DNA from: Azolla caroliniana
Taxonomy: Eukaryota > Plantae > Polypodiophyta
Assembly (NCBI GenBank): GCA_043228905.1
Contig: JBHGNT010000002.1
Location: 20,832,001-20,896,000 of the forward strand
Length of the DNA: 64,000 bases
Direction of reading: 5' to 3'
Part shown: positions 1-12,960 of the stretch, piece after piece
Layout of the letters: the number at the start of each line of letters is the position of its first letter
Position numbering within the stretch: the first letter of the stretch is position 1
Program-made: the position numbers and the translations under genes
Notes under the pieces: model-generated
The model's database searches: none
What the model saw: the letters and a program-made list of their open reading frames with translations, nothing else
What the model was told of the DNA's origin: nothing

Positions 1-64
1 AACATTAATTTGGTTTCCATATGGGGGGTGATTCGATTCGGAAGAGCTTGCATCCCGATCGAAT

Positions 65-830
65 TTATGACCATTCCCTTTTTTGTTGATTGACCAGTAG
101 TTGACAATGTTGTGGCTGGCCCTTTGGCTTGCCGTTCCACGACTTCGACCTTGGACGATCATTTCTCCTCCTTGGTTGGATTTGATCATGATTGGTTCTT
201 TGAGCCATTCCCCTGAAGAAGTGTGCTTCGGCGTTGTCATCGATGGTGAGTTCCATCGACTTTCTTCGACGGTCTTCTGATAAGATATGCTTGATCGCTT
301 TGTCAAGTGTCAGCTTTGTCGAATTGTTCATGATGGTCGTGGAGAAGACTTCCCAACTTGCTAGGAGGTTGGAAAGGAGTGCAAGTGCCTTGATTTCTTC
401 TTCAAAATTCAGGCCTGGTGAGGAGAGTTCGGTCAACACCCGACTGAAGATGTTGACATGGAAGGTGGTCGCTTCTATCTCCCTCATCTTCATGTTAAAT
501 GATTTCCGAATCAAGATGAGTTTGGAGGAGCTCAACTTCATTTCGTATATTGATTGAAGTTTCTCCCATTTTGGGGATGCAATCGTCTCTTTAGCCATGT
601 TGAAGTAGACCTTTTAGGCCAAATGCATTCTAATGGTCGACCTTGCAATTTCGTTGAGTGATCGCAATTCTACTGCTAACATCTCTGTCGGCTTTCTATT
701 ATGTTGAATCGCCTCTATTTGGCATCAGATGATCAACACATCCTGCATCATCACCTTCCATAGGGCAAAATGTTTTGCCATCGAATTTCCTGATTTCCCA
801 GCCAGTGTCAAATATCGAAGCCATCATTCT
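65..830 (-). pseudogene. Degenerate Ty1/Copia gag (UBN2/Retrotran_gag_2-like); element continues off the left edge
   Basis: ORF 65..598 reads WEKLQSIYE...HVNIFSRVLTELS...EEIKALALLSNL.ASWE, typical of Copia gag; lies downstream of a PBS and LTR on the minus strand. Confidence 0.75.
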
Positions 831-918
831 TGTGGAAGCAATTATTTGGCCTAGTCCTTTCCTTCAGTCAATTTTCCTTCTTCTTGTGTTTTTGCTTTGA
901 TTCGCCCTAATACCAATT

Positions 919-1451
919 TGTAGACATTGTATGTGTCTTGGTCGACGATGATGTGTAAGGTTGGTCAAGTGATGCGGAAATATATATGGATCTTGTTGAA
1001 TGGAATTTGCAAACAAGTAATAGGTGAGGAAGGATGTATATGGTTTATGGAAAAAATAGGTGAGGAAGAATATGGATAGAGAGTAAAGAAAGAAGATGAT
1101 AGTTACACGGTTATGAGGCAAGATGATTGTTGCATTACAATTCCTTCGAACTTCTTTACAAGACTCGGTTCTCTCTTATTTATAGTTAGGGTAACTGAGC
1201 CCTATTCCTTTTGGGAGTGTTCACATGAGAAGGATACAGTAAATGGGTAGAGTGGGACTTTTAACCCAACAATGTGGTATACCTTCCGTCATCTTGGGAT
1301 GATTATGTAAGTTCCCTTCACTTGGGAAGAATTTGTTGGCTTTCTCCAGATTTTGAGCTATATTCCTCTTTTGTCCATCAGGCATTGTTAGTCGAAGCTC
1401 TGAAATATTGCTTGATTTAAAGCTACATCTCATCATATTCTTCCTCTTACA
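919..1451 (-). mobile_element. 5' LTR of the Copia at the left edge, with degenerate tRNA-iMet PBS at 904-915
   Basis: TG...CA ends (tgtag at 919, ttaca at 1451); minus-strand TGGTATTAGGGC resembles canonical TGGTATCAGAGC; minus-strand CTATAAATAA near 1177-1186; right end is approximate. Confidence 0.6.
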
Positions 1452-1569
1452 ACATCACCACTACCTTACTAAAGACTATACCAACATGGGCATGTGAAGT
1501 TGTAAAGAAAACTAATCCAAGATCTTTATTATTTGTGTGAATCTCATCTTAGCCCTTATATCTTGCCCT

Positions 1570-2200
1570 TACCAAAATATCTACTACATTGTAGTGTCAC
1601 CCCACCACATGTTGAATATCCATCAAAGAATATTAATGTGTGGAGCTGAGCATCAAAAGATACATTAGAGAATAGAAAGACAATTTATTGCTATGATCAT
1701 TGTCATGCGTATGAGATAATGTCAATCTTCTTTGCTTACTAACAAAATTCCACAATATTCTCTTTTTCCTTTGGCATACCCTCTTTGTCTTTCACTTCAT
1801 ACCTTTTCCCTAAACCAGATTATCTATTGATTCCCATAATCCAATCGAGTTGGTATCCACTCTTATGAACTTCTTCTTCTCCATGACCAACTTGTGTAAA
1901 GGTCCTACAACATGCTTGTAGTGTGGAATCAACATTGCTTTGGTTGATCTTTGGCCCAATTTTACTTCTTTATCTTCTTTCGCAACCTGTGGAAAGGTCC
2001 CACAATATGCTTGTAGGGTGGAATTTATAAGTGGTAAGCACATTTCCCCGAAGAACTATCTCACCTGCTTTGAGGTTTATACACCTTCTCATTTCCTTGA
2101 TCATATTCACATTTCATTGGGAGTGCTTGTATCCAAATGGGCCACAAAACTCCAATCACAAGAACATCAAATTGACCAAATGAAATATTTTTGTTGGAGA
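1570..2200 (-). pseudogene. Highly decayed Ty3/Gypsy RT-RNase H relic, probably the same lineage as 60542-62928
   Basis: IPHYKHVVGPLHKLVMEKKKF and VDTNSIGLW echo IPHYAHVAEPPYGLLKKGRKF and VDTSPTGIGW in ORF 62234..62911. Confidence 0.5.
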
Positions 2201-3364
2201 ATCTGAAATGTGCATTTTCTCACTTGTGTAACACATTTTTACACTCCATGATGTGATACATACAAACTAGCATTTGTCAAACAACCCTTTATTGGATTGT
2301 CATGAAGGAAAGATATAGTGATGTTGGGAATGTTAGCCCTTAATACTTTGTTCGTGATGTTCATCATATAGGCTAGTGAATTGGTTGCCCTCGTGCCAAA
2401 GTCCACTTTCTCACTAAGTTCATCGGTGTTCTCACCAAGGTGATATTCCTACTATTCATGACCAACTAGAATCATGGTATCCCTAGTAAAGGTCATCAAT
2501 TGAGTAGATAAATCTTCCTACAAAATCTTTTGTGAACTCATCAACACTTTGCACAATTTCAACATGATTGTGAATTATCACTTTAGTAAGTGAAGTCTTC
2601 AATAGAGCTATTCAAGTATGAGGAATTGTAATGCTCCAAGATATCCATTTTGAACTTTTCTTTTAATAGGTTGATCAATTTGTGTTTGGACTCTTGAACG
2701 GGATCAGCCTCAAGCTGTAGGCACATTTGCATAGTGAATATTACCGTTCATTTAATGTAAGTTAGATCAACACAACCAAATTCTTGCGAAGATAATGCAA
2801 ACGCTTTGCTAGAACATTGCAAAATCTACTTGAAAGTAACAATTGGCGACGGTTTGGTTTGGTTTGAGAGGGTCTAAACCAAACCGTTTAAAATTTTTGA
2901 AACATGAACTGAACTAAACCGAACCACGAAACCGTTAAACTGAACCGATAAACCATTAAACCGTTAAAATCGCGGTTTCGTGGTTCGATTTCGGTTTTCA
3001 ACTTAGGTCAAATTTATAATTTAAAATATTGTCATGTGTGGGGGACCACACTAGGTGGTTTTGTCCCAAGAAGAAAAACTAACTTGTAACTAACTAGGGT
3101 TAGAGCCAAGAAAGGTGGGAAACACTATAAAGAGAGATGCCTACCAAGAGAGAAAGAGGACTATAATTGAGCACATTACATTGGTGGAAATAACGGGCAT
3201 TTTTAGATCAACCACAGCCTGCACACCCACTGATCATCACACAAAAGCAGCCCACCGATCATCACACACGAGTATCCCACTGATCTTCACACAGAGGCAG
3301 CCGCTGAGCCTACAAGTGACCAGCCGAAAAGACGCGAATTCAAGAGAGCATCAACTACACAAAG

Positions 3365-4345
3365 ATGCAGACATCAGATCTCAACAACACAATGAGTATG
3401 CAACCAGAGTTCGTGGAACAGACCTCTCCAAGCAACGCAACCGAGCAAATGCTTCAAGCTATGTCAGCGATGATGCTGCAGGTAAACCACACAAATCAAA
3501 CAATAATGAATTGGTTAACTAATCAATCACAACAAACAGGAAACATCACAGAGAAACAGAAGGACTCACGAATTAGGCCACGATCATTTTCCGGCCTACC
3601 AACAGAAGACGTATTGGCTTGGCTAGATCACTTTGATAATGTTGTCGGCTATCATCAATGGAGTGATGACAGAAAAGCCCTAGAATTGCGCACAGTATTG
3701 GAAAATGTCGCATCAACCTGGTTTATTCAACAACTAGAAGAAGTAAAACAAGATTGGTCATACCTGCGCGAACAATTGGTACAACACTTAGCCAATAACG
3801 ATATAATACAAACAACCCTGCAACAATTAGGTAACATGCGTCAACAAGCACATGAGCCAGTAGCACAGTTTGCAGTAAGATTAAAACAACTCTTACTTAG
3901 AGTAGATCCAAACATGAAAGAGTCTATGAAGCTATATTTCTTGCTGCCAAGGCTGAGACATGACATCTATAGGAGAGTAAAATATCAAGGACCGACAACC
4001 TTCCAACTGGCTGTACAGATCGCCCAACGTATAGAAACACCTGATTATATGGAATTGTCGCAGGCACCTACAATGCCACAACAAAACAATCAGAAGCATC
4101 AAGTCGAATCCACAGCATGCCCGATGGATATTGACATCCAAAATGCACAGATTAATGATAGGAAGCAACTCCCAAGTCGAGACACTCAAGGACGCCCCCG
4201 TTGTTTTTACTGCAATAATTATGGTCATGTTAAGAAATATTGCAGGAAATTCACCGCATCTAAACACCATCAGAACGCACAAATCCAGTTGGCTGATTCC
4301 ACATCTCTTGCCGACATACAGGAAAACATCAATGCGGGACGTTGA
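3365..4345 (+). CDS. gag: Gypsy Gag with CCHC zinc knuckle
   Basis: 326-aa ORF; FSGLPTEDVLAWLDHF capsid start; CFYCNNYGHVKKYC knuckle. Confidence 0.9.
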   Translation: MQTSDLNNTMSMQPEFVEQTSPSNATEQMLQAMSAMMLQVNHTNQTIMNWLTNQSQQTGNITEKQKDSRIRPRSFSGLPTEDVLAWLDHFDNVVGYHQWSDDRKALELRTVLENVASTWFIQQLEEVKQDWSYLREQLVQHLANNDIIQTTLQQLGNMRQQAHEPVAQFAVRLKQLLLRVDPNMKESMKLYFLLPRLRHDIYRRVKYQGPTTFQLAVQIAQRIETPDYMELSQAPTMPQQNNQKHQVESTACPMDIDIQNAQINDRKQLPSRDTQGRPRCFYCNNYGHVKKYCRKFTASKHHQNAQIQLADSTSLADIQENINAGR

Positions 4346-7300
4346 AGGAAGAGCAACTCCCGCACTTCCAAGCCGCTACATCTTCTAGCCGAATAGTCTG
4401 CTCCACAATCGCACGTATTCAGAATACATCACATGAAGCATTACTAGATTCAGGTACCACAATCTCTTCAATTAGTTTAGATATAGTTAATCAATTGCAT
4501 TTACCAACATCATCTGCACCACTAATCCATGTAATTTTTCGCGACAAGCAAAAACTCTATAAATCATTCACACATGCACATTGCACTTTCACACTAGCAC
4601 AACATACTTTCGTCCATTCATTCTATGTCCTACCAAAACAACTCTTTCCTTTAACATTAGGATGTGATTGGTTTGTTAAGCGTGGGGCCCAATTGCATTT
4701 TGACACATAGACATTAGTTCTTCCACATCTTAGGCCTTGCACCACAATTCCCCTTCTTAACACACCTCATACTAGCACACAGGTCATGCATACTCAAATC
4801 CAAATAGAACCAGCACAATCACGTTTGACCGATCTCCGTCGCCTACTCGGGAAGTTCCCGCAAATCTTTATGAAGACAGAAAAAACCACTCAAGTAACTT
4901 TACCAGTGCAACACGCCATACCCACAACGGACTCTCCTCCGGTGAGAATGGCAGCTCGAAGGCGCTCACCACTTGATCATCAACGGATAAACACTGCAGT
5001 CCAAGAAATACTCCAAAAGGATATTATTGAGTCGTCTAGTAGTGAATGGGTATCAGAACCTCATCTAGTCAAAAAAGATGACGGTACATTCAGATTTTGC
5101 ATTGATTTCAGATTACTAAATAAAATTACAAAGCATGACAGGTATCCATTACCACGCATCGACGATTTAATCGACCAACTCGGTAAGTCAAGATACTTTA
5201 CATCCTTAGATCTGGCTTCAGGGTATTGGCAAATACCCCTACGACCTGAAGATAAACACAAGACAGCTTTTAGAACACAGCATGGCTTATACCAATTTAA
5301 GAGAATGCCCTTCGGATTATCAGATGCAGGTAGCACGTTCCAAAGAATGGTGAACACCATTTTTCAAGACCTCATCCATAAAGGAGTCATACTAGTCTAT
5401 CTCGACGATATACTGATACACACTGCTAACTGGTCGCAACATATTCAAGTTCTACAAGAAGTCCTCCTACGCATCCAAAAATATAGCCTACAACTACAAT
5501 TTAAGAAGTGCAAATGGGGAGCAACGGAATTACGATTTTTAGGATTCATGATATCCTCAAAAGGCATCCAACTCGACCCTGCTAAGATACGAGCCATTGT
5601 TGATTACCCAACGCCGAGCAACATCAAGTCCCTACAAAGCTTCCTTGGTCTTGTGAACTTTTCATTACGGTTTATCCCTAACCTAGCCATGGTCACAGCC
5701 CCCTTAAGATTACTATTGAAAAAAGGATCAAAATATCAGTGGTCAGCAGATTGTACACAAAGTTTTGAGAAACTAAAAAAATTAATCAAGGATGCGGGAA
5801 CCTTGGCATTTCCAGACTTCAACAAAGTCTTCCGCCTTCAAACAGATGCTTCCAATTATGGAATTGGTGTTGTGCTCCTGCAACAAGACGACAATGACGA
5901 CTGGCAGCCGATAGCATACATAAGTAGAGCATTGACGAAATCAGAGCAAAACTACTCTACGACAGAAAACGAGTTCTTGGCAATTGTTTGGGCATTCCAG
6001 AAGTTCCACCCTTACCTGCATGGAACATCCGTCCAAGTAGAAACAGATCACCAGCCATTGGCATCGCTCATCCACAAAACTCATCCACCGGGAAGACTAC
6101 TACGATGGGCACTCGCTTTGCAAGAATACAGTTTTACAATGATTTATCGGAAGGGAGCATCCAACACAGTTGTAGATGCTTTATCTCGGATGGAGTACCA
6201 TGTCGCACAATGGGCAGAGGATGCCAATGACCTCCCATTTCAGCCACAGCAAATAGCACAAATGCAACAACAAGACCTTGTGATCAAGGACCTCATCCTG
6301 CGAATACAAAATAGCCATGGCAAGCAGGTATACCGTCATTTTGTTTTAATTGACAACATACTCCATTTTATTAGTCAAGGCCTCCCTCCACGTCTGTATT
6401 TACCGGAGGCATTACGGGCAACTTATCTCGAATTCTATCATAATCATCAGTTGACGGGTCATTTCGGTTTCCATAAGCTCCTCCATCGCATTTGGTCAAT
6501 GTATTATTGGCCAAAATTAAGACAGTCTATCTCTACATTCCTACAAACCTGCTCCACATGTCAGACCGTAAAAAACCCACAGTCCACATATGGTACCTTG
6601 ACACCCATTGAAGTCAAGGAACCTTTTGAGATGGTGGGATGGGACCTTATGGGCCCATTTCCAACATCAATACAAGGAAACAAATATATTTTGGTAATTA
6701 CAGAATACTTAACACAATGGTGCGAAGTTGCTGCCTTATCGGATGCAACAACAAATACGGTCGCCAACGCCCTTCTACAAAGGGTGATTTTTCCTCACGG
6801 ATGCCCTCACCAAATTCTTTCCGATCAAGGATCACAATTCCGAAGCGAAGTGATGCAAGTTCTCACGCAGAGTTTGGGAATAAAGCAATTGTTTACATCG
6901 CCATATCATCCCCAGACTAACGGCCTCACAGAGCAAATGAATAAAACCATTAAACAAACTATTGCAGCCTATGTTGATCCTTTACATCAATCATGGGATC
7001 AAGTATTGCCATTCGCGGTACACGCATACAACATCTCAGTACAAGAATCCACCAAGGTAAGTCCATTCAGGGCATTATATGGCCGCAATCCTCGTCTCCC
7101 CCCAGACCCACACACCATCAAAGTCAACCCACATCATAGTGATGCCACCTCGTGGTGGTTATATCTACAATCAACGATGCCTCTTCTCCGACGAGCCATT
7201 CAATATAATTTAAGTAAAGCCCAACAATGACAAAAGAAATATTTCGACAAATCACATAGGCCAACCACACTCAATATCGGCGAATATGTTCGAGTCTATT

Positions 7301-7470
7301 ACCCGGTGTGGAAAAAAGGTCTTTGTGAATCATTCATGCACAGATGGTTAGGACCATACAAGATCATAGCACGCATCGGCTCGAACACTTAATGGTTACG
7401 CCGAGTCGATAAATCGACGGAAACAATCGCACATGTCTCGCGGATTAGGCGCATACCTCCCCCAACTGAG
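4321..7470 (+). pseudogene. pol: Gypsy Pol (PR-RT-RNase H-integrase-GPY/F), in the -1 frame from gag, with in-frame stops at 4708, 7228 and 7390
   Basis: ALLDSGT protease; FCIDFR, LDLASGYWQI and YLDD in RT; QTDAS and NYSTTENE in RNase H; HHCC zinc finger; SDQG integrase core; RWLGPYKI after the 7228 stop. Confidence 0.92.
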
Positions 7471-7504
7471 AATCTCCACCCCGACGACACCGGTGCGGAC
7501 GACA

Positions 7505-7775
7505 CAGGATTGTCACAGCCATCGACACACCAAGATGTATCCACAATCGATGACTCCACGGGCTTGTCGCAGCCACTGACACACCTGGATGTAGCCACAG
7601 TCGAAGCGCAGACGCATCCCCCACTCTGAATCAATCCATAGCCGCCCACAATCGCCACGCCATCGATAGTGTCACACCTGGATGTCGTTGCAATCGAAGC
7701 ACAGGCGCATCCTTCACTCCGAATCAGACCATAGCCGCCCCCAATCGTCACACCATCGACAATGACACAGTCAAC
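7505..7775 (+). repeat. Degenerate tandem repeats (about 54-bp then about 93-bp units) in the Gypsy 3' region
   Basis: CACACCTGGATGT...CCATAGCCGCCC...CCATCGA occurs twice; TTGTC(A/G)CAGCCA occurs twice. Confidence 0.7.
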
Positions 7776-9119
7776 ATCCTTGGGAGGCGTCACTGTGACT
7801 TTAGCAGTCAAAAACCCTCACTGCACAATAAAGAAGAACAAATGAATAAGGGTCTAGGTTCTACTATGTAATTTTTTTAAAGGGGGAGGTGTCATGTGTG
7901 GGGGACCACACTAGGTGGTTTTGTCCCAAGAAGAAAACTAACTTGTAACTAACTAGGGTTAGAGCCAAGAAAGGTGGGAAACACTATAAAGAGAGATGCC
8001 TACCAAGAGAGAAAGAGGACTGTAATTGAGCACATTACAATATTTCACTATTTAAAATTTTCAAAATTTTAAAGGTGCTCCTAAAATGTGAGAATAAGGC
8101 TTGAAATTGAAATGATTGTTTAAAAACAATTTTTTACAATTTTTTAAAAATTATTTTAAATTTAAAAAAATAAATAATAAAAAACTGTTAAACCATTCAA
8201 ACCATGGTTTCTAACTGTTGAAACCGAACCGAACCGTTTTAAAAAAAAGAACCATTTAAACCGTAAGCCATTAAACTGCGGTTTCCCGGTTCCATTCAGT
8301 TCAAACCGAACCGTTGCGGATTGTTATTTGAAAGCAAATTATTTTTGGGTAAAAGGAAGCTACCTTGAATAACTTTCAGTCTTCTCTTGAGTTTTCTTGA
8401 TGAATGTATGCCTAATACCTCTTTGACTACAAAAGTTTGGATCAATCAATACTCCCGATCAACATATCGATCCTTTAACAAGAGAACAATCACAAACTTC
8501 AACTTCTAATCTACTATTTTAAATTTTGAATTGACTTCCACCTCTTTTGCTACAACATTTTTCATGTATTCATCAACGTAATTGTGCATACAGACATAAT
8601 TCATAACTAGAATCACCCTTATCCTAAGAAAGTTAAAAAGTTTAATGCAATAACCATCAATTCCTCAATCATGTCATTTAATGAAACTTTTTCCCTTATT
8701 TAGACTATATTCTATTAAGTATCTACCAAAAATCACCTCGTATGCTATGGTTCGAGGATACACAAGAGACCTCCTAGAGATGCAGGAAAATAGTGAGAAT
8801 AAAATAAAAATTGTAATAGGGTATAGAGGAAATAATTCAATTGGTCTCCAATGGATGTTAGAAAGAGTGATCTATCTCTCTATCCCCCTAATCACTTTCC
8901 TTAATCCCAAGCCCTAAGCCTAACAATTTTATTTAGCCTAAACATGTAACAATTTAAGTGAATTAATGAAAGTTTGAGTATATTTGTGACTTCTTGTCTC
9001 TCCTTTGTAAAGGGAGATATAACGTGAAATGGAAAAGACCACAAACCTACCAATGGGTTAACCAACTATTATGGATGAAGCTTTTAAGAAAGGAACAAAA
9101 GATTTGCTCAAAACTAAAC

Positions 9120-9681
9120 TGAAGAGAATGACGCGGAATTTTGCTCGGCCACAGCCGAGTTTTCAATCACTTCGATGAGAATGAAACACAGAAATGGGAA
9201 GTGGAGAGTACACAAAGGAAATACACAGGATGTTTACGTGGAAAACCCAAATAGGGAAAACCACGGGAGCCCACAGACTCCAACTATCACTATAGGAGAA
9301 AGGTACAATCAGAGCCTCAGAGGCAACGACCTCGAGCTCTGTATCTTTGCCAACCGGTGGTTACAACAGAGTATCTCTCTGTATTGCACACTCTCCCCCT
9401 CTCTATTGCTCTCTGTACAATAGTTACAACGATATGAACAACAACACTCAGTCACTTACACACTTACATAAAGTGATTGCCCTAAGTCATATTTATACTT
9501 ATATGAACTTAGGGCTATTTACAAATATATCCTCAATACGCTTACTCAAAACATATTTACAAGTATGTCTTCTCTTTCGGTTCTCACCGGGTTCATCCGA
9601 TCCGGTTTCCGGATCTCTTCCAGTTCTCACCAAGTTCACTTCATTCATAACCGGATCCCATCCAGAGGGACCAATTACCCA
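9120..9681 (-). mobile_element. Probable Copia-type solo LTR
   Basis: TG...CA ends with CTAAAC/CTAAAA flanks; GGAAAACCC...GGGAAAACCACGGG motif and CTATTTACA boxes shared with 48768-49265. Confidence 0.5.
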
Positions 9682-10069
9682 CTAAAAGCTCGTTTACTCT
9701 CCCACACTCCTTGGTATATGTACAGTGATAAATTAGAAGAAATGTAAACAAGGTTGTAAAAAAAAGGATTAGATTAACTAAAACTCATGCAAAATCTTAT
9801 TATTATACTATTATATCCTGAGGATGTGTTGTCTTATATACTTTCGATTATAACTAATAGATACTTGATGTATTTAATGTTCAGCTGATTGATTGGATTC
9901 ATAGTAAATTGAAGGACAAATTTATGTATTGGTAATTCTCATTTATGATCATTTCATGTACGACTCAAAATGTGCAATGTATCATGATCCCATGCTATTA
10001 TATTTTATACCTTTACTCTCTTAAACTAAGAAGGCATTACAAACATTTTTGCAACCTCTTCCGTTCATG

Positions 10070-10930
10070 TTGTGGTGGAAGGGGGAAACCATGGATTTCA
10101 TGGGATTATTTGACTACTCGCAAACAATTAGGTGGTGTTGCAATATTGGATATGGAAATGCATTTGATGGCTTGTAGATTTACATTATTTCGAGATATGT
10201 ATCAATAAGGTCAACCACGAATATCTATGATACAATATTTTATTGAGCATTAAGGATTGGTGCATGAGGAAACTAAGTTTTAAGAATCATGGTGGCCATT
10301 GCTCAATGGATGTAATCCTCTTGAGATTCAACATTCTGTATGTGTGCAACAATTGGTAAGGTCATGGCAAGATGCATTATCTTTTTTAGAGTGCACACCA
10401 TCAAGTAATCGAGAACTTTGTAATTCATTACAAAAGGAATTGCTTGTTTCTTCTTGATTGTTGCATTGGCATGGAAAAGAAAAGTTAAGATCTCAATTCA
10501 ATCGTCTATTTCGATTGGGGGTTGTAGACTTGGGAGATGTAGTTAATAATGAATCTCAACGGTTGTCAAAATTTGAAGATTCTAAATTATGGTTATGTAT
10601 TCTCCCAAATTATCAGTTTATTTTGGATAAATTACAAGATATATCATTGTTGTATGGATCTATGTTAATTCAAGAAAATGTTGCACATTGGGTGGACTGG
10701 TGGTTAAAGAATGGGATGGCACACGCTTGTTACATGTCACTACAAATATATTGTATCATCATGCAATGGCATCTTTGTCTTGGCTATAACTTAAAGCAAA
10801 AAACCTATCGAATTAATTCAAGTCAAATGCAAGGTGGTGACAAATATTACAACATGGTTGGCATTCCCATTTGCCATTTCAACAAAGGTATTCGTATGGA
10901 GAGTCATGATTGTTGGGCTCCCATTAGGAA
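10070..10930 (+). pseudogene. 5'-truncated L1-type LINE ORF2 relic (post-RT region)
   Basis: KPWISWDYLTTRKQLGGVAILD matches the L1 W...PK..GGLG..D motif; Trp-rich broken frames follow. Confidence 0.6.
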
Positions 10931-11499
10931 TGAGTTTTTGCTCAATATGTTCAAAATGGTCCAAATGACGAGTTAGAGATATTCTTCTAATTTTTATAAT
11001 GTTAGGGACTACAACACAATTGGAATCTGCATAATGCTTTCATGTTTGATGGTAGACATGGGGAAGCCTATGTAAAGAAGCTGAAAAACATTCTCATGAG
11101 GAATTTTTGGATGTTACAGCATGTGGGGACCGTTTCCTCAAGTGAAAATTTAGGTTTTCTAAATGCTTTACAAGATGTCTCTTTCCATACATAAAATAGG
11201 TAGAGTAAGAAGTTGTAACAAGTGAATTTTACACTTTGTACAATTAATATAATTTTTTGCTTTTACCAAAGAGAGAGAGAGAAAGAGAACTACACATGCC
11301 CCCCTCTCTACGATAACAATTGTTGCAACTATGTTTGCCCAACCCATTGCCACTAGCTTCCCTACTTTATAACGGGAATTTCTTTATTAATCCAATAATT
11401 TTGGACTTAATATTGTAAATCCATTCGTAATTTCATGATCCTTGGGTTAATTATGTGATTCGATCCTAATCTTATGTATAATTCGTCGTTCGAGTCATC

Positions 11500-11815
11500 G
11501 TTACCTTTGACTTTGAGGAGCCTTCCACTTTGAAGAATCTTCGACTCTAATGCATCTTCAATTCTAATGCATCTTCGACTTTAAGGAGCTGTCAACTCTT
11601 CAAAAGGTTTTACTCTGTCCTACCTTTGACTTTGACTTATCTTCGACTCTTAGGATCTTTTGACTTTAACTTACCTTCGAGTTTGTAGAGCCTTTGAGTC
11701 TATGATCTTTCGACTCTTAGGATCTTTTGACTCTGATTACCTTCAACTCTAATGATATTTCAACTCTTAGGATATTTCAACTCTAACGATCAATTCGACT
11801 CTAACGAGACTTCAA
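11500..11815. repeat. Degenerate minisatellite (about 17-21-bp units, TCTTCGACTCT / TTTGACT core)
   Basis: More than ten imperfect copies visible. Confidence 0.7.
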
Positions 11816-11878
11816 GCCATCCATCTTCTCTAGTTCAAGTCCTTGGTGGTTCCACTCAAGTAGCACATGTATGCGCGT

Positions 11879-12534
11879 CATAGTATGAACCATACGTACC
11901 ATTCGTGCATTCGTGTTCGAGAATGATAAACACCATTGAAGAACGATAAATACCATACTTTTGGATAAATGATTTACTATAAGGTAAATATTTTTTTCAC
12001 GGTAAAAAAAATTTAAAAATTGCAAAAAAAAAACACATTACCTTCTTAATAACAATATGCTTTTTTTCGTAAATATATTTATTGTAATTTTTGTGCGTAT
12101 AAATTTTGTACTACATAGCTTAGTATGTGTGTATAGACATTACACAAATTACTTCAAAATGATAGAAATTATAGACAAATTAAAGCAATTACAAGCTTTA
12201 TAGAATAATTACAGAAATTATAGAATAATTACAGAAATTATAGAATAATTTCATTACAGAAATTATAGAAATTTCATCACAGAAATTTCAGAAATTTCAT
12301 TACAAAACTTTAAACCCTATTATTAACCCTAAATATACATGAATCTCGTTGGTAAGCAGATCATTCGAGCCTAGGTGGGAGAGGAGAGGAGAGCGTAACG
12401 TTACGTTGATGTGTAGAGGAAAATGGGGAAAAAGAGGGAAAAAACAAAAAAAAGGAAAAAAAAAACACACGAATATTTGAATATCATTCGTGTTCATTTT
12501 CCAACGTAGGAAAACGAATGATATACGTACTATG
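11879..12534. mobile_element. Non-autonomous hAT element (656 bp)
   Basis: Termini CATAGTA...TACTATG; perfect 8-bp TSD ATGCGCGT at 11871-11878 and 12535-12542; internal AGAAATTATAGAATAATTAC tandem array at about 12160-12300. Confidence 0.88.
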
Positions 12535-12960
12535 ATGCGCGTAACTTCGCAACAAAGCACTTCATTTATACATTCATACCTTTCATATTAACATACATAT
12601 GAACATATATGTAGGCATATATATGTATATCTATTGTCCCCCGAGGGCAAGTTCTCACATTTTTTGTTGGACAAGGAGGAATTCTCTCACTCTTCCTCCA
12701 TATAAATGCTCAAAGAATCTTTTAAAAATACAAAACTAATTTATCGGTTTGGATTGTTATCTGACCATAAAACAATTCCTTACGTAAGAGAGATATATAC
12801 ATACACAAGACAATTACAAAAATACACTAACATATTTGGACACTCTTTGATTCAATGAAAAATCTCGACACTTTCACTTGCACATAGAGTCACATAGACA
12901 CATACTTTAAAAAATTAACAAGGTCTATCAAGAACATCCTAAGGAAGTTGAAAAACCATT

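Larger units (their letters stand above)
3030..8039 (+). mobile_element. Full-length Ty3/Gypsy LTR retrotransposon (non-chromovirus)
   Basis: LTRs 3030-3180 and 7890-8039 (TGTCA...TTACA; one indel and one substitution); ATAT on both flanks; PBS TGGTGGAAATAACGGGCA at 3182; PPT AAAGGGGGAGG at 7879-7889; domain order gag-PR-RT-RH-INT. Confidence 0.97.
2837..8326. mobile_element. Non-autonomous hAT-type DNA transposon (about 480 bp without insert), split by a Gypsy insertion
   Basis: Imperfect TIRs TAACAATTGGCGACGGTTTGGTTTG / reverse complement TAACAATCCGCAACGGTTCGGTTTG; 8-bp TSD CTTGAAAG (2829-2836) / TTTGAAAG (8327-8334); subterminal AAACCG repeats at both ends. Confidence 0.8.

Noticed and set aside
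11500-12300. Short periodic repeats resembling a CRISPR array
   Set aside because: No unique spacers, eukaryotic context; ordinary minisatellites
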